From the IMG/VR virus record IMGVR_UViG_3300031647_000750, positions 25 through 64,024 of that record: a DNA stretch of 64,000 nt; one strand, given 5' to 3'. The position numbers were made by a program, and so were the translations under genes. This document shows positions 28,055 through 38,300 of the stretch, piece after piece (position 1 is the stretch's first letter; every line of letters begins with the position of its first letter). The DNA comes from a virus (taxonomy: Duplodnaviria > Heunggongvirae > Uroviricota > Caudoviricetes). The notes beneath the pieces are model-generated. The model did not search any database. It saw only the letters and a list, made by a program, of their open reading frames with translations, and had not been told where the DNA came from.

Positions 28055-28957
28055 TCATTCTGTGATTTCTTCTTCTGATATTACCCGTAATTCTTCGACA
28101 TCGTCAGTTTCCTCAGCAGGGATATATTTGGTTTTCTGTACTTCCCATTCTGCGTTGAAGATACGAGTGTTACTTGGTTCTAGACCTTCTTCTTCTAATA
28201 AATCATCACGAATGTTTTGATTGCGTTTTTCTAGATTCAATACACGAGTGAACGAGTTATTGATTACAGTAGTGAAGTATGCAAATGGATTCTGTGATTT
28301 AAGTTCATTGAACTGTAAACCGATCATTGTCAATTGTAAAATTGCTTGACCACGCATTTCATCTACATATGTGTATCCACGCCAGTTACCGCGCATAGAG
28401 TATCGTTCACATAATTTCATATACATCATCGCTAAGCGTTCAGTTGTGTGACCACATGTAACACTAAATTTACCTGTGTCTAATTCACCGTCCCAATGAG
28501 AACGAGCGACTTCAGTCCATTCATCATTAACCATAGCAAGATGCTTATATGCTGGAAAATTACAGCGAGAATGATGATCTGCTACTGTTTTAGGTGTCTT
28601 CTTACGTGCTTCTAATGGAATATGATCATAGCCCATAACGCGGAATACTATATCAGTAGTCTTGATAGAATCAATACTCACTGCGAACTCGGCTGCTTTA
28701 GGTTTAGTTTTCTTGGTTAATTCACCATTATTCCATCGAACCACTTCTGCTTCGTGTGCAATCTTTTGTAACCTAGATGCTTGTGCATCTTTTGCAAGCA
28801 GAATAGTTTCTTCATTGATTTCATCGAAGTCTTCTACGATGTGGTCAAATAGGAAATATTGCTCGTCTGCTAACCAGCAGAAAGTCATTTTAGATTTATG
28901 TATTTCTTTAAGTATTTCTTTGTTCTTTAAGTAATGTGTAGAGGGATCTCTTGCCAT
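28055..28957 (-). CDS. gp55: Late-transcription sigma factor (gp55-like)
   Basis: HYLKNKE, NWRGYTYVDEM, FNELKSQNPFAYFT, EKR; gp55-47-46 synteny. Confidence 0.88.
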   Translation of the reverse strand: MARDPSTHYLKNKEILKEIHKSKMTFCWLADEQYFLFDHIVEDFDEINEETILLAKDAQASRLQKIAHEAEVVRWNNGELTKKTKPKAAEFAVSIDSIKTTDIVFRVMGYDHIPLEARKKTPKTVADHHSRCNFPAYKHLAMVNDEWTEVARSHWDGELDTGKFSVTCGHTTERLAMMYMKLCERYSMRGNWRGYTYVDEMRGQAILQLTMIGLQFNELKSQNPFAYFTTVINNSFTRVLNLEKRNQNIRDDLLEEEGLEPSNTRIFNAEWEVQKTKYIPAEETDDVEELRVISEEEITE

Positions 28958-28988
28958 TAGGTTTATTGCTCCGTTTAATATTAGTACA

Positions 28989-29017
28989 ATTATATATCAG
29001 TTTGATCAGTTTGTCAA
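28989..29017 (-). promoter_or_regulatory. Perfect sigma70 promoter for gp55-gp47-gp46
   Basis: TTGACA-N17-TATAAT. Confidence 0.9.
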
Positions 29018-29066
29018 GTCTTATTCGTTATTACAGTGAAATCATTAAGTACATAGTTTATCTTGG

Positions 29067-29074
29067 GCTAAATA
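29067..29074 (+). promoter_or_regulatory. Late promoter GCTAAATA
   Basis: TAAATA core upstream of AGGAG and ATG 29099; the same variant occurs at 48752. Confidence 0.6.
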
Positions 29075-29098
29075 CATGATAAGTAGGAGATTATTAAG

Positions 29099-29707
29099 AT
29101 GCGTATATCAGACATCATTACAGAAAGTATAGCAAAGCAAGTCACTGTGTTTTATGGCGGACGTTTCCAGCCAATGCACTCAGGGCACTTTGCGTTGTAT
29201 AAAAAATTAGTTAACAAGTTTGGTGCAGATAATGTATTTATCGCTACTACATTTGGCAAGAAACAGCAATCAATGCATATGGCAGATGATTTCTCGACTG
29301 ATCCATTCACCTTTGAAGAAAAGGCATCGATCATGTCTAAGATGTTTGGTGTACCAGCAAATCATATTGTTAATACACAACCATATCGTCCAGATGTTTC
29401 ATTGGTAGGCAGAGACAAGAGTAACACAGCAACCGTATTAGTGTTCAGCGAAAAAGATGCTGGGCGACTAAAGCCGGGTGGTGTATTGGCTCCAATGCCA
29501 GATGATATGAACAATTTACAGACAGAAGATGAAAATCGTGTATATTATATCACAATGCCAACCGAGCAAGGTGGTATGAGTGCGAGCGATTTCAGAGAAG
29601 TTATGCGCAGTGAAGCAGAGTTTGAAGAGAAGAAACAGACATTCACCAAATTCTTTGGTAAATTTGATCAAGAGATTTTTGACTTCATCGAAGGTAGATT
29701 ACGATAA
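29099..29707 (+). CDS. HIGH-motif nucleotidyltransferase (cytidylyltransferase/NMNAT-like)
   Basis: YGGRFQPMHSGH, PFTFEEK, MSASDFR. Confidence 0.8.
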   Translation: MRISDIITESIAKQVTVFYGGRFQPMHSGHFALYKKLVNKFGADNVFIATTFGKKQQSMHMADDFSTDPFTFEEKASIMSKMFGVPANHIVNTQPYRPDVSLVGRDKSNTATVLVFSEKDAGRLKPGGVLAPMPDDMNNLQTEDENRVYYITMPTEQGGMSASDFREVMRSEAEFEEKKQTFTKFFGKFDQEIFDFIEGRLR

Positions 29708-30348
29708 TGGCTGGTATTCCAAGTAAAAATAAACCAAAATTAGTATTGCGTGATGCAAATGCACAATGGGCAAAAAACTTATTCAAGACAGGTATCTTGA
29801 AGGAATTAGCAGATGTCAATGGCATCATATTTCCGTACACACCTGCTATGATGCAAGCAGCATTCTCAGCCAATTATGGTACATATGATACAACGCATAG
29901 TGTGTATCAGCAACAATACTATGTGAATACGCCAAATCCTACTATTAGTATACAGGCATATTTTGTGTCAAATACAATAGCAGAAGCAAAGTACAACATT
30001 GCATGTTTGCATTTTTTAAAAGCAATGACAAAAATGGATTATGGAACAACATCAAATACTGCTGGCGCACCACCGCCAATTTTGCACTTTAGTGCATACG
30101 GAGAATACAATTATAATAATGTTCCTGTGGTAGTATCTGGCGTTGATTACACATTTGCAGACGCAGAAGATTTGATAACAGTTGAAGTACCAGTTGGTAC
30201 GTCATCTGACACATCACCAGTATCAATACCGACAAGTTTTGCAGTATCTATCACAATGATGATGCAGCAAAATCCAGCAAAGGTAAGTAACGAATTCTCA
30301 TTTGCTAATTATGCAAGTGGTAGTACATTAAGAAATGGAATGATATAA
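29707..30348 (+). CDS. Baseplate / tail-tube initiator-like protein (gp54/gp48-like)
   Basis: IIFPYTP, GAPPPILHFSAYG, VPVVV; directly upstream of the LysM wedge gene. Confidence 0.6.
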   Translation: MAGIPSKNKPKLVLRDANAQWAKNLFKTGILKELADVNGIIFPYTPAMMQAAFSANYGTYDTTHSVYQQQYYVNTPNPTISIQAYFVSNTIAEAKYNIACLHFLKAMTKMDYGTTSNTAGAPPPILHFSAYGEYNYNNVPVVVSGVDYTFADAEDLITVEVPVGTSSDTSPVSIPTSFAVSITMMMQQNPAKVSNEFSFANYASGSTLRNGMI

Positions 30349-30349
30349 T

Positions 30350-30637
30350 ATGGCAGTACAATATGATACAGACAGTGTATACAAGAATACAGAAATTGTA
30401 GACAATAAATATCTTGACGTAATGGAATCTATCATCAGTGATATATCAGTATATGATGTATATTCATTAACTCTGGAATCAAAGTACAACGAGCGACCCG
30501 ATCTGTTGGCGTATGATTTATTTTCAAATGCCAACTTGTGGTGGGTATTCGCAGAATTCAATCAAGACATCTTAAAAGATCCGATCATTGATTTTAAGTC
30601 TGGACTAACTATACAAGTCCCAAGAGATTTTATATAA
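30350..30637 (+). CDS. gp53: Baseplate wedge LysM-like protein (gp53-like)
   Basis: RPDLLAYDLFSNANLWWVFAEFN...DP...G..IQVP. Confidence 0.75.
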   Translation: MAVQYDTDSVYKNTEIVDNKYLDVMESIISDISVYDVYSLTLESKYNERPDLLAYDLFSNANLWWVFAEFNQDILKDPIIDFKSGLTIQVPRDFI

Positions 30638-30646
30638 GGTAAATGC

Positions 30647-32500
30647 ATGTCTACAAGTAGAATAGATGTAACACCTAACTGGTGTTCAACAGTTGATAGT
30701 CCAACATACAAACTTACATGGTACATTGTTAATAGAGATGTATTTAATAATCCGCGACTATTAGATCACAATAACGCAGTCATCACCAAAAAGGCTGTGA
30801 TTATCGCTGCATCTGGAGAAACATCAGAATACTCAATAGAAAATTTAGTACTACAGTCTAGGATTTCTCCCGGATCTGATACTGGTAATACAACAACTGG
30901 TGCATTTCAATTTGATATATATGAGCCAGGTGGATTTCAATTATTAAATAGAATATTGCAACTCAGTCATTCATTCGGGTTTTCGACTATGCAAACTGCG
31001 ACATATGTATTAAAAGTTGAATTCATTGGTAGAAAGGTATCAAATTCTGCACCAGAAAGATTTCCTGGCGTATTCTATTATCCAATGTTGATGTCAACCA
31101 TCAATGCAAGTGCTGGTCCAGAAGGTTCACAATATAACATTGTGGGAGCAAATCAACATAAGATAGCAGTGGCGAGTTCAAAAATCGTAACTGATATTAA
31201 GTTGTCAGGAATTACCACTGTCAAATCATTTGTAGATAAACTGAAAATAGAGTTGAATGAGCATGAGCAGAATATACGAAAAACACAAATCACTGACGGT
31301 AGTGTTCTAAATGCAAAACAATGGGAAATTAAACTAGATCCTAAGTTTGAAGAGAAGTATATCAATTCTTCCATGAAATCAGATATTACTGGAACTGGGC
31401 ACCCCACCGATTTAAATCCTGAAGCAGTGGTGTATATGATATTCAAGAATAAAAATATAGTAGAGTATATTACTGAAATGTTGACTAAGCGAGTACCAGA
31501 TTTTTATAATACATTTAGTCAAAATGAAGCCAAAAATAAAAATACACAAAATAAAATATCACATGCATCAAGTCAACGAAGAGATCAAGGCGATACGGGT
31601 AAATCAAAACCTAATCTTGATATGTATGTAAATGACTTCATAAAAGTAACACCAACAATAGCATACAAAGACGTAAAGGATTTGTATACAAATTCAGACC
31701 AAGAAATAATTACATTGACAATTAGTTTACATACAGCGCATACTAATCCTAGTCCAGATCCAAGCAGTCAACAGAGTGCTACTATTAATGCATCATACCA
31801 ATCTAGAAGACTTGAGTTATTGCCTATCTACAAGTCTTATAATTTTTTATTCGCTGGCAATAATTCAGAGGTATTAGACTTCAATTTAAATTTCAATCAG
31901 ATGTTTTATTTAACTCGTGACCCATCTGATGGTGTTGCATATACTAAAATCTCAGGCGACATGGGTCGTGGAGAAGCAACTAGGGTAAAATCAAAAGTGC
32001 CCACGTATCTAAGTGAGTTATCGGTAAACAATTCATCACCGATTACACAACTTGAAAATATTGCATATACTGTAACAACAACAGATTCAAAAGATCAGAA
32101 GAATAGTGATGAACCAAATTCAGTAACCGCAGCAGATCAGGCAGAAATAAATGCAGCAAGTCATGATTACATTATGTTTGATATGACTATCAAAGGTGAT
32201 CCGTATTGGTTGGGAACACCTGGATCGTATGTTAAGGCAACAACCTACAAAACGCTTATTGAAAATTTAGACGAAGATTCATTGATTGTATTCATTAATT
32301 ATCTACCAGACAATGGAAAGACTGGCGGTGCACGTAGACTTGATATTGCATCAAGTGGTGTATATAAAATATTAGAAGTAGAGAGCAAATTTCAATTAGG
32401 TAAGTTTACACAATCGTTGAAAGGTATGCGCGATAGAAATTCGTCTACTGATTTAATTCAACAAAAATTAAAAAAAATAGGATCACAGAATGGGAATTAA
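30647..32500 (+). CDS. Baseplate hub protein (gp27/VgrG-like)
   Basis: C-terminal IKGDPYWL and SGVYKILEVESKFQLGKFTQSL; immediately before the spike gene. Confidence 0.65.
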   Translation: MSTSRIDVTPNWCSTVDSPTYKLTWYIVNRDVFNNPRLLDHNNAVITKKAVIIAASGETSEYSIENLVLQSRISPGSDTGNTTTGAFQFDIYEPGGFQLLNRILQLSHSFGFSTMQTATYVLKVEFIGRKVSNSAPERFPGVFYYPMLMSTINASAGPEGSQYNIVGANQHKIAVASSKIVTDIKLSGITTVKSFVDKLKIELNEHEQNIRKTQITDGSVLNAKQWEIKLDPKFEEKYINSSMKSDITGTGHPTDLNPEAVVYMIFKNKNIVEYITEMLTKRVPDFYNTFSQNEAKNKNTQNKISHASSQRRDQGDTGKSKPNLDMYVNDFIKVTPTIAYKDVKDLYTNSDQEIITLTISLHTAHTNPSPDPSSQQSATINASYQSRRLELLPIYKSYNFLFAGNNSEVLDFNLNFNQMFYLTRDPSDGVAYTKISGDMGRGEATRVKSKVPTYLSELSVNNSSPITQLENIAYTVTTTDSKDQKNSDEPNSVTAADQAEINAASHDYIMFDMTIKGDPYWLGTPGSYVKATTYKTLIENLDEDSLIVFINYLPDNGKTGGARRLDIASSGVYKILEVESKFQLGKFTQSLKGMRDRNSSTDLIQQKLKKIGSQNGN

Positions 32501-33617
32501 TATTAAGACAGTACGGGGCAAAGATTTCCCTGCTGGACAATATGTAGGCATTGTTACTGATAATACCGATAGTATGTACACTGGTCGCGTATCAGTACGA
32601 TTCGGTGAATTTGGTTCGCTAGCAGATAGTGAAGTAGATCATATTTGTTTATTGTGTACTCCGTATGGAGGCGTTACAGGTACAACAGCAGCAGATGTAA
32701 CTGATGATGAAAAGGCATATGGTAAAGATGGCACGAGTGAAAACGGTACACCAAAAAGTTATGGTATGTGGCCACAACCGCCTGCTGTTGGAACATCTGT
32801 GCTAGTTGCATTTGTTGAATTATTAGAACAAGGCATAATTGTTGGGTCACTGATGTCGCGTAGTAGAAACCACATGATGGGTGGTCGTGCAAGCGCAGAA
32901 TCACAAGATGGTACTATTCAGCCAGTTGGTGAAAAGAATCCAACTGATACTGACGATGAAGTAAAGAAGCCCGTTGATCCTATTGCGAAGGCATGGTTGG
33001 AGAAACAAGGACTACAAGATGATTACTCCCGTGGTCATAGTATGTCTAGTGCACGACGAGAATCACCAAGTAACGTATTTGGGATAACCACATTAAATGG
33101 CCATGTATTCACAATGGATGACGGCGATTCAGACGGAGACAGTAAAAACATTAGATTGCGAACTAGACAAGGCGCACAGATATTATTAGACGATACGAAT
33201 AAATTTGTATACATTACAAATCATGATGGCACTGCTTGGATAGAACTAGACGAATCTGGCAACATAGATATGTATAGTAAAGCAAGCGTGAATATACATG
33301 CAGCAGAAGATTTAAATTTACATGCTGGTGGTAACATCAACATGGAAGCAAAGAAAAATATCAATATGAAAAGTGGAACTGATGTGATAGTACAAGCATT
33401 GAATGATATTCATAACAAAGCAGGTGGAAATCGTGTAGATACTGCTAGCATGGTTTATATGAATAGTTCAGTGAGTGCATTGTCGCCGACCGTTAACCAA
33501 TTAGATACTAACGAAACAGTTACAGAAAGTGTGTCTGCGAGAGTACCAGAGCATCATCCGTGGAAAGGTGCGAGTAAGATACAAGAAACAATCAAGACAG
33601 CGAAAGGCAAAACATAA
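32490..33617 (+). CDS. gp5: Baseplate central spike (gp5-like OB fold plus beta-helix, no lysozyme domain)
   Basis: GIVTDNTD...GRVSV, PPAVGTSVLVAF, GHVFTMDD, LRTRQGAQILLDD, C-terminal RVPEHHPW. Confidence 0.8.
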   Translation: MGINIKTVRGKDFPAGQYVGIVTDNTDSMYTGRVSVRFGEFGSLADSEVDHICLLCTPYGGVTGTTAADVTDDEKAYGKDGTSENGTPKSYGMWPQPPAVGTSVLVAFVELLEQGIIVGSLMSRSRNHMMGGRASAESQDGTIQPVGEKNPTDTDDEVKKPVDPIAKAWLEKQGLQDDYSRGHSMSSARRESPSNVFGITTLNGHVFTMDDGDSDGDSKNIRLRTRQGAQILLDDTNKFVYITNHDGTAWIELDESGNIDMYSKASVNIHAAEDLNLHAGGNINMEAKKNINMKSGTDVIVQALNDIHNKAGGNRVDTASMVYMNSSVSALSPTVNQLDTNETVTESVSARVPEHHPWKGASKIQETIKTAKGKT

Positions 33618-34339
33618 TGGCTACTATATTACCTACTACTATAACACCAGAAACCGTGATAGATTATTCTCGCTGGACAATCAGTGACGTTGCTGTTGTT
33701 GATACAGAGCAAGAACTACGTGTATTTGAGGCAAGTAGTGATATTATTAATTTTGCATTGAGACGATTCGAGTGGAGAGGGTACAAAACAACCCTTGACA
33801 ATGACACTCAAATAGGTTACAATACTATCAACGATAAAATTAATAGTGTAGGATTACTAGAAAGCGAAGCGTATAGTGAATGGCTAGAAGACTTCAAAAC
33901 AAAAGAGCGAAGGTTTAAGAGACTACTTGCAATTAAAACATTGAGTCAGTCACAATACGATGCGTTACTATGTCTATATTATTTCACTGGTGATTTCACT
34001 AAAGTCGGAACGACTGCAAGGACGTTTGATTTGTCTCAATTGATTATAGATAAGAAGTGGGATTACATAGCAACCGCATTAATTGAAAGTGGATACGATA
34101 GACTGTTAACACAGCCGCTTGCAAAGATAATGATGTTGGGTGATTATGGAAATCGTACCGAGCGAGCATTATTACGAGAACGTGGACTACAGGCACTGCG
34201 CACAGAATATTCTGCATTGACAGATAAACTAGCACGCCAGCAAGCGGAATATGTTTACTACGCCGAAACAAAAAGATTTTTACCAAACTTAACACAAACA
34301 AGAAAACGACAGATAGTTACTACTGCGAATACAATATAA
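33617..34339 (+). CDS. Lysozyme-like (GH24-related) baseplate protein, divergent
   Basis: RRFEWRGY...TQIGYN, LSQSQYDALLCLYY, ARQQAE. Confidence 0.55.
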   Translation: MATILPTTITPETVIDYSRWTISDVAVVDTEQELRVFEASSDIINFALRRFEWRGYKTTLDNDTQIGYNTINDKINSVGLLESEAYSEWLEDFKTKERRFKRLLAIKTLSQSQYDALLCLYYFTGDFTKVGTTARTFDLSQLIIDKKWDYIATALIESGYDRLLTQPLAKIMMLGDYGNRTERALLRERGLQALRTEYSALTDKLARQQAEYVYYAETKRFLPNLTQTRKRQIVTTANTI

Positions 34340-34351
34340 AGGTATTACCTA

Positions 34352-34906
34352 ATGAATCACCGAGTGCTGCTATTGAATGCAGACGCACAGCCATTGTCTA
34401 TGCTACCACTGAGTACTATTAGTTGGCAGAACGCAGTAAAGGCACATTTCCAAAATAAAATAGTAATACTAGATAGTTACGATACTATGTTGCATTCTGC
34501 TAATTTTGAAATGCAGATGCCGTCTGTCGTTATATTGAATCGATATCATAGATTACCTACTGTAGCGAAGTTCTCTCGAAGGAATTTATACATACGAGAT
34601 CAAAACGAGTGTCAGTATTGTGCTAAGCCGTTTGATAATGAAAAATTAACCATCGATCATGTTATTCCAAAATCTCTCGGTGGTGGTACAAGTTGGACAA
34701 ACTGTGTAGCATCGTGTAAAAAGTGTAATGGTGCGAAGGGTAGTAAATTAATGCGACCTATTCGTGAGCCTGTGAAGCCTACATGGCACGCGCTTGCTTA
34801 TTCTTCTAAGACATTTGGTATTACAGTCCCACGAGTTGAATGGTTAGATTATATTAACTGGCCATCAGAGCATGTTAGAATAGAAGAAATGGAAAGTTTT
34901 CAATAA
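34352..34906 (+). CDS. HNH endonuclease
   Basis: VLLLNAD, RDQNECQYC, TIDHVIPKSLGG, WTNCVASCKKCN. Confidence 0.92.
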   Translation: MNHRVLLLNADAQPLSMLPLSTISWQNAVKAHFQNKIVILDSYDTMLHSANFEMQMPSVVILNRYHRLPTVAKFSRRNLYIRDQNECQYCAKPFDNEKLTIDHVIPKSLGGGTSWTNCVASCKKCNGAKGSKLMRPIREPVKPTWHALAYSSKTFGITVPRVEWLDYINWPSEHVRIEEMESFQ

Positions 34907-34936
34907 AACTTAAATATTCATAGATCATCATGATAT

Positions 34937-34960
34937 AACCGTCTACAAGGCGGTTTTTTT
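34937..34960 (+). terminator. Intrinsic terminator
   Basis: AACCGTC-taca-AGGCGG followed by T7. Confidence 0.8.
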
Positions 34961-34992
34961 ATGTCTGTCATTAACACGGTAGTTAATTTTTG

Positions 34993-35000
34993 CATAAATA
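34993..35000 (+). promoter_or_regulatory. Late promoter CATAAATA
   Basis: Directly after the terminator and 5 nt before ATG 35006. Confidence 0.7.
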
Positions 35001-35005
35001 TATGT

Positions 35006-35380
35006 ATGAATAAAATAATCGGTTACACCACAATTGGTGAAAAGAATACAAGTAAGCAACTATCTGATCTAGATCTTGCTAAACAAGACTTGAGTAATCA
35101 TTTTTCAATCCGCAAAGGGGAGAAATGGACGAATCCAGAGTTTGGTAGTAATTTGCCATACTATGTATTTCAGCCGCTAGATGATATTACAGTTGATTTA
35201 ATTCAACAGGAAGTATCAATTATTGTGAATTATGACCCACGTTTCAATTTAAGAAGTGAAATCGTTAGGGTAGAAGAAGATAAACATACGGTGACAGTAA
35301 TAATAGAATTATTGTATATACCGACAACGACGGCAACCGAACTTGAATTAAAGTTTGACCGTGAATCAGGCGAGTTATAA
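35006..35380 (+). CDS. gp25: Baseplate wedge subunit gp25
   Basis: IRKGEKWTNPEFGSNL...FQPL, YDPR; start moved to 35006. Confidence 0.9.
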   Translation: MNKIIGYTTIGEKNTSKQLSDLDLAKQDLSNHFSIRKGEKWTNPEFGSNLPYYVFQPLDDITVDLIQQEVSIIVNYDPRFNLRSEIVRVEEDKHTVTVIIELLYIPTTTATELELKFDRESGEL

Positions 35381-35383
35381 ATT

Positions 35384-38300
35384 ATGACACAATCAGTAAG
35401 ACAATCAAAGTTATTTGCAGCGGAAGATTATACCGTTGTGTATGATTCGTATATTAATGCGAATTTTCAAGCATACGATTATACTACCATTCGTAGTACG
35501 ATGGTTGACTATGTACGAGCAAAGTATCCAGAGAATTATAATGACTGGATTGAATCAAGTGAATTCGTTGCACTACTAGATCTTATTGCACAGTTCGGAC
35601 ACAACTTAGCATTCCGTGCAGATTTAAATACTCGTAACAACTTCTTGAGTACAGCAGTGCGTCAAGATTCTGTATTTAAATTGGCAGAATTCATAGGTTA
35701 TCAACCGAGACGTAACGTAGCAGCATTCGGTGAATTAAAAGTAGTTAGTGTAAAAACTAATGAAACTGTAATCGGCAGTGATGGTACTACGTTGGCTGGT
35801 AAAGAAATTAGATATGAAAGCACATCCAACATCAATAACCTAGATGATTTCATTACTGTTATGAATGCGGCATTTGCGAGTGGAAATCAATTCGGTACAC
35901 CAAGAATTAATGTTGACATTGCTGGTCAGCAAGTTGAATATTATAATTTAAATGCTACGAATGATCAAATTAAGTTTTCAATTCAAGGAACCGCAGCGGG
36001 AGCAAGTTCATCGTTTGACGTGATCAGTTTAGATTACAACGGACAATCTCGCAGCATGACAGAAACAACTCCTAATCCAACATCAGCATTTACATTGATA
36101 TATAAGAATGATGGCAAGGGTGTTAGTAGTAATACATCTGGATTCTTCTGTGGATTCAAACAGGGCGCATTGCAGTATAAGGATTTTGTAATAGACAATC
36201 CTATCAGTAATCTTTCACTTGACATAGATGTTCCAAACGTTAATAATTCAGATGTATGGGTTCAGTCAATTGACGAAAATGGTACTATAGGAGCAGAATG
36301 GACTAAGGTCGATAGTGTTTTTGGTCACAATGAAATCTATAATAATATTCAGGCAAATGGTGAAATATTCGCAGTAAAGACACGAGCAAATAATCAGATA
36401 AGTATTATGTTCACTGATGAGAATTTTGGTACTATCCCAAAGAATATCATACGTGTATGGTATCGTGTAAGTGAGAATATATCTTATACATTGCGTCCAG
36501 ACGATATATCAAACAAAACTATCAATATTAGTTATAGCGGTGTAGATGGTAACACGTATACGATGACAGTTGGATTGCAATTAAAATCTTCAGTAGTTAA
36601 TGCAAGTAGTGCAGAAACAATAGATACAATCAAAACAAACGCACCACGTAATTACGTAACACAAGACAGAATGATTACCGCAGACGATTATAATAATTTT
36701 TTATTGAATCAAAGCGAGAATATTTTAAAAATAAAAAGCATCAACCGAACTCATAGTGGACATAGTCGCTATGCTAAATTATATGATCCAACTGGTACAT
36801 ATTCTAATCTACATTTGTTTGGCACAGACGGTACACTTACACGTTCAACTGACACTAAAGTAGAACATACTGATGATATTGTTGTCAACAGTGTATTTGA
36901 AAATTACATTAAGCCTGCGATACATGATCATGAGTTATTGAATTTGTATTACACAGAATTCAAATCTAATTTTGAATTACTAAGAAGTTCATTGCCAGCA
37001 AACGATGTTATATTTACGTGGCAGTCAAATGATAAAACTACTGGGTATTTCAATGACTATCAAAGTGTGATACAAGGGGTTGGTTCTGCTCAAACTCATT
37101 ACTTAAAATATATCACGATAGGTGCATTAGTTAAATTCACATCAGGCGGTGAGGAATATTGGGCGAAAGTATCAAGTATATTTGCCAATGGTAGAGGAAT
37201 AGATGACACACAGGGCGAAGCATCTGGATTAACTATTACTGGTACTGGCGCGATCGCATTTGATATTGAAATACCAACGGGTGCTTCATTGGATATGATC
37301 TATCCATCATTTGCAAAACAATTTACAACAGCAGAAAAAGCAGATATTATAGCAAAATTAACTATTGAATCAGCATTCCAATTAAAATATAGATATGAAG
37401 CGACACCTGCATATTGGGAAGTAATTACACCAGTAGTTGATACTAGTCCATTGGCTTGGTTAATCGACGTGACTCCTGCGATAGTAGGATCAGGTACAAC
37501 AGTAAATAGTTATGATGTTACTACTCGCATATCTAGATATGAAATAGAAACAGATCAAATTGAATTCTCGAATCTAACAAACGAATACAATATCAATGAA
37601 TTCACTAAAAAACGAAATCGTGACATCATTGAATTATATGATACAACAACTGCTACATTTGTTAAATTTTATGTATGGGGATATAATATAGATTCAAATG
37701 GATTATATCAATCAAACAAAGTCATCGTTGCGTTATTAGATAGTTCTACTGATTCACGCGCAGACAATCCAGATGCATATTTTGATATTGCTGGAACGAG
37801 TTTAACAACATCCAGTCTGAGATTTGAATGGACACATATTCCAGCAGACAATGAAATCGTAGATCCTAGTTTGTCAAACATTATTGATATCTTTACATTG
37901 ACAAGGGAATATGATAATTCCTTCAAGTCTTGGTTGTTGGAATCACGTTTATTTTCTGGTAAGCCACAGCCACCAACTATAGATGAAATAAATAGACAGT
38001 TCAACCAATCTAGTTCGGTTGATACAAAGAAAGCAATGAGTGATACCATCATCTATAGACCAGTTAAATACAAAGTATTATTTGGTTCAGTAGCAGATCC
38101 AGAAGTGAGAGCAAGATTCAATGTTATCAAAGTTCCAGGCGTGAATTTCACAGACAATGATATTAAGGCAAAAGTGATTATTGCAATCAATAATTTCTTT
38201 GATATAGGTCTTTGGGATTTCGGAGAGACATTCTATTTCACTGAATTGGCAGCATATGTACATAACGAATTGATCGGTGTTATAAGTTCATTCGTAATAG

